Below are positions 52,457 to 64,000 of a stretch of 64,000 bases of DNA, one piece after another. The stretch is from assembly GCA_963798085.1 (NCBI GenBank), contig CAWCRS010000005.1, positions 448,001 to 512,000 of the forward strand, in the 5' to 3' direction. The DNA is from an uncultured Gemmatimonadales bacterium (GTDB lineage Bacteria; Gemmatimonadota; Gemmatimonadetes; Longimicrobiales; RSA9). The notes beneath the pieces were generated by a model. That model worked only from the letters and a program-made list of their open reading frames with translations, was not told where the DNA came from and did not search any database. Numbering within the stretch: position 1 is the first letter of the stretch; every line of letters starts with the position of its first letter. Made by a program: the position numbers and the translations under genes.

Positions 52457-53834
52457 CGCCGACTGCTGTAACATTGTGTTGGGGCGCGCGCCGCAGCCAC
52501 GTCTCGAAGCCGAGCAGCGCGAGTGCGAGCAGCCAGAGCCAGCGTCCGTCCGACTCCCCTTCTCCACCGCGCGCCCCGCGGGCGGCGGCGGAAGCCTCGC
52601 GCTGCAGCGGTAGCAGCGCCGTATCGGAGAGTGTGCCCGGCTCCAGCTCACGCACGGGCGGCGCGGTGGAGAGCGCCCTCGGCACGGCCGCGATCAGTGC
52701 GGCGGGCAGCACACTGCCCGCGTCCGCGGACGCGAACAGCAGCAGCCCCTCGTGACCCTGCACTTCGCCGCGCGCGGCCCACACGACCGGTAGTGCGGCC
52801 GCCGTCCGCGCGACGACCGTGAAGGCCGAATCAGCGCCGGCAGCGGCGCCGGCACTGGAAAGAGAATCGTCGCCTGTACCGCGTTCCGTTGTGAGCGAAG
52901 CGGCTGCGGCGGCGAGCAGCGAACTGGCGCGCAGCCGGGTGACCACCTCGGCCATCCACGGCTGATCCAGCGGCAACGCGTTGCGCAGCAGCTCTGCGCG
53001 GCGCTCGTATCCGGGATAGACAATGGCGACGGGCTGATCAGCGGTTTCAGCGGACACGGCCAGCGTGCGCGCCGCCCGGCCGGCGGCGTCGGCGCGGGCG
53101 CGCTCGGCGGTTCCGGCCTGTATAACAGGCTGTTTGAGCGGAGTCGCGGCTGCATGGGCACTCCATTCGACGTCGGTGCGTCCGGCGGCCAGTACAATGC
53201 GTGCGGTGGTCTCGACACTGTCGACGCGGGCGTGCGCCGCAATCGGCGCACTGTCCGGGCGCACCGCAATGCGCTCGAGTCGCACGCCCACGTCGGCGGG
53301 AACGTCGGCCAGGTCGGCGCGCTCGAGTGTGCCGAGCTGGAAGTCGGACACGACGATGAGAGAGCGCGCGCCGGGTTGTGTCTGCAGCCACGCGAGTGCG
53401 CCCTTCAGCGTGCGCGCAGGCGAGGCGGATTCGAGGATCACGGCCGTACCGGCGTCGCCCGCGAGCTGTCTCGCTCTGCTCCGGGCCGCGTCGAGCGCGC
53501 GCCCGCCGGCCGGTGCGGGCCTGCGCATGCTGACACTCGTGTCGACGACAATGGCCAGCGCCGCCGCACTGCCGGAGCCCTGGCGCCGTCGCGCGGTGAG
53601 CAGCAGCGGCTGCGCCAGTGCGGTGACGGCGAACGCGAGGATCGCGATCCGCACGGCGAGCAGCCAGGGATCGCTGAGGCGAGTGCGCCGTGAGGGCAGC
53701 AGTCGCGCGGCCTCGAGGAAGCGCAGCGTCGGGAATTGCAGGACGCGCGCGTTGCGCCGGCCCAGCAGGTGAATGAAGACCGGCACGGCGAGAGACAGGA
53801 GTCCGAGCCAGGCCCAGGGGTTCTGCCAGATCAT
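52440..53834 (-). CDS. BatA-domain/vWA-like membrane protein
   Basis: MIWQNPWAW...PVFIHL...FPTLRFL, LAQP, VDTSVSM, VSDFQ. Confidence 0.8.
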   Translation of the reverse strand: MIWQNPWAWLGLLSLAVPVFIHLLGRRNARVLQFPTLRFLEAARLLPSRRTRLSDPWLLAVRIAILAFAVTALAQPLLLTARRRQGSGSAAALAIVVDTSVSMRRPAPAGGRALDAARSRARQLAGDAGTAVILESASPARTLKGALAWLQTQPGARSLIVVSDFQLGTLERADLADVPADVGVRLERIAVRPDSAPIAAHARVDSVETTARIVLAAGRTDVEWSAHAAATPLKQPVIQAGTAERARADAAGRAARTLAVSAETADQPVAIVYPGYERRAELLRNALPLDQPWMAEVVTRLRASSLLAAAAASLTTERGTGDDSLSSAGAAAGADSAFTVVARTAAALPVVWAARGEVQGHEGLLLFASADAGSVLPAALIAAVPRALSTAPPVRELEPGTLSDTALLPLQREASAAARGARGGEGESDGRWLWLLALALLGFETWLRRAPQHNVTAVGDERVA

Positions 53835-54741
53835 GGCGCTGCGCCCGCGAAACCGGCGGATTGTCGCGCATCACGACGCAGGAGCCAGCCGCGCAGCGCG
53901 CGCTCCGGCGGCGCATCAGTGGAGAGCAGCGCGTAGTCAATGCCGTCACGCTGTGCCAGCGTGCGGCAGCGCGCGAGGAATTCGCTGACCGCCGTGCGGT
54001 ACCGCTGCCGGATGGCGCCGGCGTCGACGAGTCGCCGGTCGCCTGACTCGAGGTCCTGGAACGCGATATCGCCGCGGTACGGAAACGTCGTCTCCTCGGG
54101 CGACACCACCTGCAGCATGGCGACGTCGTGGCCCAGGCGGCTCACTCGCCGCAGCTCCCGCCGTGTCGCTTCCTCCGCATCGTAGAAATCCGGAGATGAC
54201 GAGGACGACGCCGCGTCGCTTGAGCAGTTCCGCGCCGCGCGCGATCACGCGTTCCGGCTGCCATGCGCCGTGCGGCGTGATGCGGTCGAGTCCGCGTGAT
54301 GAGCGAGCGCAGGTGCGGCCGGCCGCCACGCGCGGGCAGGTACACGAATCCGCCCTGGTCCATGGTCATGAGACCGACCGCATCGCCCTGCGACGAGATG
54401 AGCCACGCCAGTGCGGCCGCGACAATGGCCGCGTAACGGAACTTGCCCGGGCCTTGTTCCGGAAACGCCATGGATGCGCTCGTGTCCAGCACGATCATCA
54501 CAGACATGCTGGTGGTCTCGCGGAACTGCTTGGAATAGAGTCGATCCGTGCGCGCGAGGATCTTCCAGTCGAGATGCTTCAGGTCATCGCCGGCGCGGTA
54601 GGGTCGGTGCTGCTGGAACTCCGCGCTGAAGCCATGGAACGGACTGCGGTGGCCGCCAGCGCGCATGCCCTCGACCACGAGTCGCGCCGCCAGCTCGAGA
54701 TCGTGGATGGCCGCCACAACGGCCGGCGACAGCGCGGACAT
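53831..54741 (-). CDS. DUF58 protein, apparent frameshifts near 54290 and 54190
   Basis: G.HRS.FHG.SAEFQQHRPY.AGDD..HLDWK..ARTD, LDTSASM. Confidence 0.85.
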
Positions 54742-54745
54742 CAGC

Positions 54746-55772
54746 TCAGGGTCTCACGGCTTCGAGCAACCGGCGGATGATCTGGTCCGGATCGATGCCG
54801 TCCGCCTCCGCCTGGAAGTTCACGAGCACGCGGTGACGCAGCACGGGTAACGCCACATTACGGACATCGTCAGGCGAGGGCACAGTGCGACCATCGAACA
54901 GCGCTGCGGCCTTGGCGCCCAGCAGCAGCGCCTGCCCGGCACGCGGGCCGGCGCCCCAGCGCACGAAATCCCGCACCTGCTGCGGCGCGCCCGGATCGGC
55001 CGGGCGCGTCGCGCGAATGAGGCGCAATGCGTAGTCGACGACGTTGCTCGCCGCGGGAAGATCGCGCACCAGCATCCTTGCCGCCTCCAGCTCCCCGCCG
55101 GTCGCCACTTTTGCAACCGCGGGCTCGTCGCCTGTCGTGGTCTCGGCGAGGATACGACGCTCATCGGCCAGTTCAGGGTAGTCTGATCACGACATTGAAC
55201 ATGAAGCGATCGAGCTGCGCCTCGGGCAGCGGGTGTGTGCCCTCCTGCTCGATGGGATTCTCCGTCGCCAGCACGAAGAGCGGCCGCTCCAGTGCGTAGC
55301 GCACACCGCCTACGGTCACCTGATACTCCTGCATCGCTTCCAGCAGGGCAGATTGCGTGCGCGGCGGCGTGCGGTTGATCTCATCCGCGAGGATCACATT
55401 GGCGAAGACCGGCCCGGGAATGAAGCGGATCTCACGCTTGCGTGTGACCGCATCCTCCTCGATGACATCGCTGCCCAGAATGTCCGATGGCATGAGGTCC
55501 GGCGTGAACTGAATGCGATTGAACTTCAGGCTCACCGCGTCCGCCAGCGTCTTGATCAGGAGCGTCTTCGCCAGGCCGGGCACACCGCGCAGCAGGCAAT
55601 GGCCGCCGGCGAACAGGCAGATCAGCACCTCGCGGCGGACCTGCTCCTGGCCGATGATGACACTGCCGATTTCCTGATCGAGGCGGGCGGCAAGCGCGGC
55701 TGCTTCTTCGAACGAGAGGGCAGGCGCGTCGGCGGGGGTGGCCGGAAGCGGTTCGGTGATCACGTCGCCCAT
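54746..55772 (-). CDS. MoxR-family AAA+ ATPase, apparent frameshift near 55178
   Basis: [57 protein letters not shown]. Confidence 0.92.
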
Positions 55773-55955
55773 GATACTCGCCGGTCCGCGCTCCTGCCAG
55801 CGACGGCGCCCGGGTGCCCGCGTACCAGTGCCGGCCGGGCGAGGGCGCGCGCCCTCGGGTGCGCCTGCACCGCGATGCCTTGCCCGGACGACCCCGATCG
55901 CCCCTACTATGTCCGACATTCGCCCATCGATTTCCTCCGACACAGGGATGCCGCC

Positions 55956-58097
55956 ATGAGAGCGAGTCGCCTCGCGGTCAGTGCGCTCATCAGCTCGGGC
56001 CTGATCCGGCCAGCCGCAGCGCGCGCACAGGAACGGGAAGATCGCACACTGCTCACGCAGGAGCAGATGACCGCGATCATCAATGAGGTGTCGGGCGAAC
56101 GCGCAATGCACCACGTGCTCGAGCTGGTTCCTTACCAGCGCGTTCGTCTGCCGGAGGAGTACAACGGTCCCTACCGCGAGAGCCGCGTAATGGCGGATTT
56201 CGCGAAAGAGTACGGCTTCAGCAATGTCAGCATCGAGGTATTCCAGCAGGGCGGCACGGCATGGCAGCCGACGCGCGGCGAGCTGTGGATGACGACGCCG
56301 ACGAGCGTCAAACTCTTCGACATTCACGACATCGCGCTCGCGCTCGCGTCGCTCAACGCGAACGGAGACTTCACGGCTGAGCTGGTCAATGTGGGAGCGG
56401 GCCGGCCGCAGGACTTCGAGGGCAGGGATGTCAAGGGCAAGTTCGTGCTCTCCTCCGGCTCGACCAGCGCGACCTATGCGCAGGCCGTGCAGCGCGGCGC
56501 GATCGGCGTGCTCGGCATCAGTGCCATCGGCTACCAGCGCGCCATCGATTATCCCAATCAGATCGTGTCCAGCACCGTGAATGCGCAGCCGGGCACAGTG
56601 GCGTGGTCCGTGACGCCGGAGGTGCAGCACAACCTGGAGGCGCTGCTGCTGCGCGGCGAGACCATCACGATCCGTTCGATCACCGAGAGCGTGCAGGTGC
56701 CCAGCAAGTCCGAGTACGTGCACGCGGAGATTCCGGGCGATGGCAGCACCACACAGGAAGTGGCCATCAGCGGCCACCTGTACGAAGGCGTTATCAAGCA
56801 GGGCGCGAACAATGACAATTCCGGCTGCGCGCTTACGCTGGAGATCGGCCGTGCCTATCTCAAGCTCATCAAGGAAGGCAAGCTGCCTCGCCCGAAGCGC
56901 ACGATCAACTTCCAGTGGGTGCCGGAAATCTCGGGCACGAATGCCTACCTCAACGCGCACCCGGACAAGGCGAAGGCCATCATCGGCACGCTCAACTTCG
57001 ACATGGAGGCGATCCGCGTCGGTGACAGCCGCAGCTACTGGGTATTGCAGCGCACGCCCGACACGTTCCCATCGTACCTGAACGACATCGCGCAGAGCAT
57101 GATGGAGTACATCGCGGACGTCTCACGCGAGCGCGTACGCTTCCGCCGCTCCCTCTCCGGCTACGCGCCCTCCGAGCCGGTCGAGTCGCCGCGCGGCAGC
57201 AAGGATGCCTTCTACATCAAGATCGACAAGCACTACGGCTCGAGCGACCATGTGACCTACATGCAGCACGGGATTCCGGCGGTCATGTTCATCACCTGGC
57301 CGGACATGTGGTACCACTCGTCCGAGGACACGCCCGACAAGCAGGACCCCACGCAGTACAAGCGCGCCGCGGCCGTGGGCCTGGGCGGGCTGGCCGTGCT
57401 TTCCACGGGCACGGACGAAATGGCGGCCAGGGTCGTGGATGACAACCTCGGGCGAGGCCTTTCGCGCATGGGCGAGTCGCACACCAAGGGTCTGGGCTAT
57501 CTGGCCGACGCCAGCAATGCCACGCTAACCCAGGCTTACAAGGAAGCGCGCAACGCCGTCCAGCACCAGGCCGACATCGAGAAGGGCGTGATCCGCTCCG
57601 CCAGCGTGCTCTGGTCCAACGTCGACGACGGCCGGAAGAAGACCGCGGTCTTCGAGCCGCTCATCGACCAGCGCGCCGCTTCGCTGCTGAATGAAGTCAA
57701 GGCCGCGTACCAGCTGCAGGCCATGCAGCGCGGCGTGCAGGCGACTGAACCGGTCGTGACACCGGAGGAACGCGAGGCCTCGAACCTCGTGGTAGAGCAG
57801 GTCGAGAACGCCGGCGGTGGCCGTGGTGGCGCCGGTGGCCGCGGGGGTCGTGGCGGCGGCGGTGGCGCGGGCGGCGGCCGTGCGGGCGGCGGCTTCGGCC
57901 GCGGTGCGGCCGGACCCAGCCTGCCTGACGAGTTCAATGCCGAATTTACGATCCTGCTGGGCAAGAAGCTGACTGTGCTGCAGATCCGCGACTTCCTGTC
58001 CGGCGAGTTCACGCCGCTGCCGCTGGCCGACGTGATGGCCGTGCTCCGCGCCCGCGAGGCGGCCGGCGCCATTCGTCTGGTCCCGCGTGGCCGCTAA
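55956..58097 (+). CDS. Exported M28 peptidase with PA domain
   Basis: Signal peptide, [34 protein letters not shown]. Confidence 0.85.
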   Translation: MRASRLAVSALISSGLIRPAAARAQEREDRTLLTQEQMTAIINEVSGERAMHHVLELVPYQRVRLPEEYNGPYRESRVMADFAKEYGFSNVSIEVFQQGGTAWQPTRGELWMTTPTSVKLFDIHDIALALASLNANGDFTAELVNVGAGRPQDFEGRDVKGKFVLSSGSTSATYAQAVQRGAIGVLGISAIGYQRAIDYPNQIVSSTVNAQPGTVAWSVTPEVQHNLEALLLRGETITIRSITESVQVPSKSEYVHAEIPGDGSTTQEVAISGHLYEGVIKQGANNDNSGCALTLEIGRAYLKLIKEGKLPRPKRTINFQWVPEISGTNAYLNAHPDKAKAIIGTLNFDMEAIRVGDSRSYWVLQRTPDTFPSYLNDIAQSMMEYIADVSRERVRFRRSLSGYAPSEPVESPRGSKDAFYIKIDKHYGSSDHVTYMQHGIPAVMFITWPDMWYHSSEDTPDKQDPTQYKRAAAVGLGGLAVLSTGTDEMAARVVDDNLGRGLSRMGESHTKGLGYLADASNATLTQAYKEARNAVQHQADIEKGVIRSASVLWSNVDDGRKKTAVFEPLIDQRAASLLNEVKAAYQLQAMQRGVQATEPVVTPEEREASNLVVEQVENAGGGRGGAGGRGGRGGGGGAGGGRAGGGFGRGAAGPSLPDEFNAEFTILLGKKLTVLQIRDFLSGEFTPLPLADVMAVLRAREAAGAIRLVPRGR

Positions 58098-58116
58098 CAG
58101 CTCATGCCGCGCACGT

Positions 58117-60358
58117 TCACTGCGGTGGATCCTTCTGTGCGCTGCAGGCGGTGGAGCGGCGGGGCGTGCAGTGGAGGGTGGCGGGGAGGATGGTGCCGGC
58201 GATGAGGGCGGGGATGGCGGTGGCGTTGTCGGTGAGGGTGACGTCCTGCTGCAGCGTGGATGCGAAGAGGGTCAGCTCTTCGCTTGTGCGGCCGATGCGG
58301 GTGCTGCCCTGCACGGTGGTGGCGATCAGCTCGACAGAAGCGGCGCCGCTCGACGTGAGGCTGCCGGTGATGCGGCTGTTCGTGGCGAACAGTGAGGCTC
58401 CCGGCGCGATGGTCACGGCACCGGTGATCGTCGCCTGATCGAGGCAGGTAGTGCCGCCGGGCACTGCTAACTCACCATTGTGCGTGCCCGTGATGCGCGT
58501 GCCGCATTCGGGTGCGGGCATCAACGCCACCTGGAAATGCCTTGTCCCGCCGATGTTGCCGGCCGCGTCGCGGGCGCGGTACTCGATGGTGTGGATGCCC
58601 CAGCCGGGTGCGCGCGGCTCCCACGGCTGCGGCGACAGGCCCTCGCGGCTCAGACTGCCATAGACCAGCGCCTTGATGGTTGTGCCGCGCGGCGTAAAGA
58701 GGAACGGCGTGCCCGCGGGGGCATCCGGCCAGCCGAAGTACTGGTACCAGCCGTCGCCATCGACGCGGAACTCCGGCACGATGTAACCGGACTCATTGTC
58801 CGTGGCCTCCAGCTTCATGGTGAACTGGTCGCGAATGAAGTACAGATGGCCGCTGTCCGGTCTCATTACCGCTGCGACCGGTGCATCCAGCTGGTACGTC
58901 ACAGCTGGACCGGTATTGTCCACGGTCCAACACAGTGTTTGTGAACCGCTCGCCGGACTCGCCGCGTCGCTGACGGTCGCACGGAGCTGGTGCGTGCCGG
59001 GCGCCAGGTGCTGACTCGCGAGATCGAACGTGCGGCGATTCCGGGGATTGGCGATCGTGCGGCCGTCCAGCTGCCAGCGCACTTGCAGAACGTGATCGGC
59101 CGGGTGCGTCGTCTCCACGTACACGACCTCGGTGCCGGCTGCCGGTCGCGCCGTGTCGGTCGCTGCGGTGAACGCGGGCTGCACGGGGGCTCCGGCGCGC
59201 AGCCCGCCTGTAGTCCACGAACGTGTGGCCGTGAGCGAGCTGTCGCGGATCGCGGGGTCGCGTACAAAATCGGTGGGATCGGTCACCGTTACGCTGATGC
59301 GGTGCGTACCCGCGGTGAGCCCGAGCGTGCGCAATTCGAGATTGCGGCTGCCCGTGGCGGCGGGCAGCAGCCGGCCATCGAGCTGCCACGCCACATCCAG
59401 GTCGTGGTAGTTCGGATGCGCTGTCTCGATCCAGACGACCGCGTTCGGCGCGACGGGCGAGTCGACAGGCGTGGACGCCGCGATCAGCTCGACCTGGCCG
59501 GAGATGCGCTGCGTCATGCGCTCAAGACTGACCTGGTCGAAGTAGTAGCCCAGCGAGATCATCATCGAGTGCCGGCTGGGCCGCCAGAATGCCGGACGTG
59601 CGCGACTGTCCCCCCTCATAGAGGCCGATGGTCCCCCCGGCCTCGCTCGGCTCGCCCAGCCAGCGCCACCACTTCGCGTGCTGCTCACGCATCTGCACTT
59701 CGCTCAGCGTGGTGTGGTGGATGGACGCGGGCTCCGGCCCGGCGTACGCGGGCCCCGCCACACCGCGCGCGCTGTACGTGTACTCGTCCTGCAGCCGGCC
59801 CAGTGAATGACCCAGCTCGTGCGGCGTGATGTACGGGCCCAGTGCGTTCCCGCCCAATGTGGTCGCCACCGCACCGCCCAGCCCACCGTACGTGTCCGTG
59901 TTGGCGATCACCAGGATCTGGTCGTAATCCGGTGTTGCCATGCGCGCGTAGCGGCGGGCCGCTTCCTGGTCCACGGCGATGCCGCGCGCGTTGGCGTCAT
60001 CGCAGCCGCCCATGAAGCGCATGGAGAGCGGTGTCGTGCGTTGCACGCGGTCTGCGGGGTCACACGTGATGCCCGACTCGGGCGATACGATCTCCACGGC
60101 GTACACGTCAATGTAGTTGCGATAGCTGCGGAACGGTTCCAGGCTCCAGAGGATATTGAGGTGGCGATCCACGTGTTCGCGGAAGCGTGGCATTTCGGCG
60201 GCCGTGTAGCCATCGCCCAGGATCACGAGCGAGAAGCGCTGCGCGGCATCGCCGGTCACCTGGATGGGCACGACACGCGCGCTTCCGGCCTCCTGCCCCG
60301 CCACCGCCTGCGCGGCCAGCGCCAGCCCCATTGCCAGCAGTGTTATGCTTCCTTTCAC
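58117..60358 (-). CDS. Exported M64-family metallopeptidase with Ig-like and beta-helix-like C-terminal domains, apparent frameshift near 59590
   Basis: ILGDGYT, EPFRSYR, HELGHSLGRLQDEY, WRPS.HSMM. Confidence 0.8.
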
Positions 60359-60574
60359 CTGCCCTCCGCTGCCTTGTGCGCGCATGCAGGCGCCGCTGCA
60401 ACGTACCCTCGGGGCGTCGCTCGGGCGAGCGCACGCCGGTCGCATGGCGGGCTGTTGCCGGCGAACGCGCATGCGTTCTACTGTGGCACGTGATGCCGCG
60501 GTCGCGTAGCAGGCGAGGACAGACAGAAGACGCCGACAGAGCATCGTCGCATATTGCGTTTTACGGAGGACCCG

Positions 60575-61486
60575 ATGTCGATACGGCCGGTCAAGCGGAT
60601 CGTGCAGTCCATGCCCACAGTCGAGGGTGCAGGCGTGCGCCTGCGGCGCGCGTTCGGCTTCGGCAACACGGAGGAAACCGACCCGTTCCTCCTGTTCGAC
60701 GACTTCCGCAACGACAATCCCGGCGACTACCTGGCCGGGTTCCCATGGCACCCGCACCGCGGCATCGAGACCATCACGTACGTGCTGGCGGGCAATGTCG
60801 ACCACGGCGACAGCCTGGGCAATCAGGGCACGCTGGGCGCCGGCGATGTGCAGTGGATGACGGCCGGCAGCGGCATCATCCACCAGGAGATGCCGAAGGG
60901 CGATGTACAGGGCCGCATGCACGGCTTCCAGCTGTGGGCGAACCTGCCATCAGCGCTCAAGATGAGCCGGCCACGCTATCAGGATGTCAGTGCCCCGGAC
61001 ATCCCCGAAGTCACCGATGACGATGGCACGCACGTGCGCATCGTGTGCGGCGATTTCTGGGGAAAGAAAGGGCCCGTGGATGGCATCGCAGCGGATCCGC
61101 GCTACCTCGACGTCTGGGTGCCACCGGGCCAGCGCAAGGTGCTGCCCGTCGAGACCACGCGGCACGCGTTCGCCTACATCTTCGAGGGCAGCGCAAGCTT
61201 CCGTGATGCCTCGCAGCCCGGCTCCGTGCGCACGGACAGCGTGGGCGAGAGCCATGTGTCGCCCGCCGTGGCGCGCGAGACCGGCAATCGCTCACTCGTC
61301 CTGTTCGATCGAGGCGACGACGTGACCGTGACCGCCGGCGAGCACGGCGTGCGCTTCCTGCTCGTCTCCGGCAAGCCCATCGAGGAGCCGGTCGCGTGGT
61401 ACGGGCCCATCGTAATGAATACGGAAGAGGAATTGCGTCAGGCCTGGACCGATCTGCGCAACGGCACCTTCATCAAGGAGCGCTGA
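60575..61486 (+). CDS. Pirin family protein
   Basis: DPFLLFD, GFPWHPHRGIETITY, QWMTAGSGIIHQE, QLWANLP, YGPIVMN. Confidence 0.95.
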   Translation: MSIRPVKRIVQSMPTVEGAGVRLRRAFGFGNTEETDPFLLFDDFRNDNPGDYLAGFPWHPHRGIETITYVLAGNVDHGDSLGNQGTLGAGDVQWMTAGSGIIHQEMPKGDVQGRMHGFQLWANLPSALKMSRPRYQDVSAPDIPEVTDDDGTHVRIVCGDFWGKKGPVDGIAADPRYLDVWVPPGQRKVLPVETTRHAFAYIFEGSASFRDASQPGSVRTDSVGESHVSPAVARETGNRSLVLFDRGDDVTVTAGEHGVRFLLVSGKPIEEPVAWYGPIVMNTEEELRQAWTDLRNGTFIKER

Positions 61487-62817
61487 CAGGTCCAACGCAG
61501 GACAACGCCCCGCTGCTGGCCTGCGCGCCGGCGGGCGCATGGATGTCGTAGCGGATGACCGAGGGCGTGTTCTCCTTGTCCAGCTCGAGGCCATACAGGC
61601 TGCAGCCACGGAAGATTTCAAGTTGCAGCCGTGGCGGCAGGAGCAGTCGGCCGCGCGGCTTCCAGTCGGGCCCGAGCAACAGCCATTCGATCAGCATGGC
61701 CGGATCCCAGTTCGCGTACGGACGTTGCGACACGTCGGGTCGACGAATCAGCAATTCGCCAGGACCCGAAGCGATCATGGCATTGATCACAGGCCGATAC
61801 TTCGCACGCTGCAACCGTTTCCAGGCAACCTGCGGCGGCGGCCTTCCCCGCACGACTGTCTGCAAGGACTGCTGATAACCGCGCTTGTAGTCTTCAGCAT
61901 CAATATCCGAATTCTGAATCCTTGGTGGCCTGCCGATAATGCGGTGTTCGCGAACACCCGAGAGTGAACGGATCTCAATGTCGACGCTGTCCGTCACGGA
62001 ACTGTAGATGCGCGTGTGGCTCACCGCAGTCACCGGATAGGCGCCGAACAACACGCCTCCGAAACCCCGCGTTGGTGCCCCAGCTGAAGAACGTGAGACC
62101 CGCCCCGAAGACAGCTTCGCCCACGTCGCCGGTCGCCGGATTCAGTATCTGCACGAAGTAGCCGACCTGATCCTCACCCGCATCGGACTCACCCGGCATG
62201 CGCTCCTCCAGCGCCAGACCCGCGGCTGTTCGCTCCATATGCACGGCACCGCGCCCGCCCGGGAAACGCGCAAGGGTGCCGGTTGCCCGTGGTGGAGCGT
62301 TCAGATGCAGCTGAATCCGTTGCAGGAACGTGCCATCAAGGTCGAATAGCTGTTGGGTGTTATCGAGGATGAACAGCGTATCGCCGCTGATCGTGATTTG
62401 CCTGGGACTGCGCAGTTCGCCCGGTCCGTCGCCGCGATGGCCGATGCGCCGCAATAACTGGCCTTGCGCATCGAATACGCGGACCTCGGCGTCACGCGAC
62501 TCCAGGACATCGACGTTTGCCGCACTGTCAACCGCGATACCACCGAGGCTCACGGAGTAGAAACTGTACGCCTCGCGTGGATCATCACCGCCCAGGACCA
62601 GCGCACGGGTGGCTTCCAGCAGCGGCGCTGACGCCAGCGCCTCGGCGGTAATGACGGTGGTGCTGTCGTTCGATGCGAAGGTGGCTTCCTGCGGTGCAGC
62701 CGCGTGGCAGGCGTCGGTCAGAATGCCGGCGAGTGCTGCGGCAATACACCAAGCGGCCCACCGCGCTTGGTGACGAACCATGCGCGGCGATTCGTGCCGG
62801 CGAGTGCGGGGGCTCAC
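61473..62817 (-). CDS. Exported 6-bladed beta-propeller (NHL-like) protein, apparent frameshift near 62050
   Basis: Signal-like N-terminus, IAVD.., VRVFDAQG..LRRIG..GDGPGEL..P. Confidence 0.6.
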
Positions 62818-62852
62818 GTCGCCTTCCGTTGCCTGCTGTCAGTGGACGCGAC

Positions 62853-64000
62853 TTATTGGTGCGTCGCGGTCTTGCCGCCACCCCAGCGGCCGTACCAGCT
62901 CTCCATGTACAGCTGCGTGCGCATGAAATTCGACGGCTTCGAGCTGGTGCCGTGGAACTCGCCCTCGAACTGCAGCAGCTCGACGGGTACGTGGCGCATC
63001 TTCAGCGCGGCGTAGTACTCCTCGGTCTGCGGCATGGGCGTGCGCATGTCGAGCTGGCCGGTCATGAGCAGTGTGGGCGTCTTCACATTGCCCACGTACA
63101 TGAGCGACGAGTGATCCAGCCAGGGCTTCGGATCCACCCAGAACGGTTTGTCGAAGAAGTTGAACGTGAACAGCGTTACGTCGGTGTGCCCGGCAAAGCT
63201 GAGCCAGTCGATCACAGGGCAGCGCACGGCGGCGGCGGCAAAACGGTCGGTGTGACCGATGACCCAGCTGGAGAGCACGCCACCACCACTGCAGCCACCC
63301 ACGTACATGCGGCTCGGGTCGATGTAGCCGCGGTTGACAATGGTGTCGACACCCGCCATGAGATCCTGGTAGTCCACGCCGGGATAGTCACGCTCGATGG
63401 CATTGCCGAAAGCCGTGCCGTAGCCCGTGCTGCCGCGCGGGTTCACGAAGAGCACGACGTAGCCGTTGGCCGCGAAGTCCTGGTACATGTAGCTGAACGC
63501 GACATTGTACATGCCGTGCGGGCCGCCGTGAATCTCCATGATGAGCGGGTACTTGCGGGAGGCGTTGAAGTCCGGCGGCTTCACCACCCAGCCCTGCACG
63601 CGCGTGCCACCCGTCGACGTGTACCAGAACTCTTCCTGCTCGCCCAGATGGATGGGCGCCAGAACATCCGCGTTCACATCCGTGAGACGGCGGATGTCGG
63701 CCGGCCTGGCCAGCGTCAGGCGCACCACATCACCGGGCTCCTTCGGTCCGGCCAGCGTACCCACCGCGACGCCCGTCTTCGAGATGGTGCTGATCGCCAG
63801 CATCTGGTTGCCACTCGTGATCTGTCGGTGCCCCCCGCCCATGGGCGTGAAATGCAGGTTGGCGGTGCCCTTGTCCTCCACGCCGTAGTAGACGCCGCTG
63901 CCGTCCTGCGCCCAGATGATGTTGCCGACATCGCGATCCAGGTCGCCGGAAGCGAGATGCGGATTGGCGCCATCGATGCCCATGTAGTACAGGTCGTCGG
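62853..64000 (-). CDS. S9C acylaminoacyl peptidase, 5' end outside window
   Basis: IHGGPH, NPRGSTGYG, GCSGGG, D.RTP, EFHG. Confidence 0.9.
   Translation of the reverse strand, partial: DDLYYMGIDGANPHLASGDLDRDVGNIIWAQDGSGVYYGVEDKGTANLHFTPMGGGHRQITSGNQMLAISTISKTGVAVGTLAGPKEPGDVVRLTLARPADIRRLTDVNADVLAPIHLGEQEEFWYTSTGGTRVQGWVVKPPDFNASRKYPLIMEIHGGPHGMYNVAFSYMYQDFAANGYVVLFVNPRGSTGYGTAFGNAIERDYPGVDYQDLMAGVDTIVNRGYIDPSRMYVGGCSGGGVLSSWVIGHTDRFAAAAVRCPVIDWLSFAGHTDVTLFTFNFFDKPFWVDPKPWLDHSSLMYVGNVKTPTLLMTGQLDMRTPMPQTEEYYAALKMRHVPVELLQFEGEFHGTSSKPSNFMRTQLYMESWYGRWGGGKTATHQ

Noticed and set aside
55173..56960. 595-aa MoxR with a long N-terminal extension, and other long antisense ORFs
   Set aside because: The extension is the reverse strand of the M28 gene; long shadow ORFs are expected at this GC content

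Overview
High-GC bacterial window. The gene style (many exported peptidases with Gly/Arg-rich inserts, an ADOP-type PadR, GxxExxY) suggests Gemmatimonadota or Acidobacteriota; this is inference only. Bases 1-14 kb hold the end of a NarL-type two-component pair and a group 1h (high-affinity, Hhy-type) [NiFe]-hydrogenase operon: small and large subunits, NifU-like protein, accessory genes, maturation protease, a small membrane protein, a YceI protein, hypC/D/E, a SIS protein, a glutaredoxin-like protein and hypA/B, with no hypF. An S9 peptidase and a nickel permease follow. Bases 19-32 kb are accessory: deacetylase, ATP-grasp/LMW-phosphatase fusion, two tandem lipoprotein paralogues with near-identical 5' halves, a class III cyclase with an extra N-terminal domain, gene remnants, tRNA-Gly(TCC) and a YncE/phosphoesterase. 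Bases 32-64 kb carry ndh, cls, DUF4159, many exported hydrolases, a TldD/TldE pair and a MoxR-DUF58-BatA operon. Three intergenic regions are long nested fold-back elements, and similar inverted arms flank a GxxExxY gene. Many genes carry clustered single-base frameshifts that look like read or assembly indel errors, so pseudogene and fusion calls are tentative. Family names come from motif recognition, not database searches.
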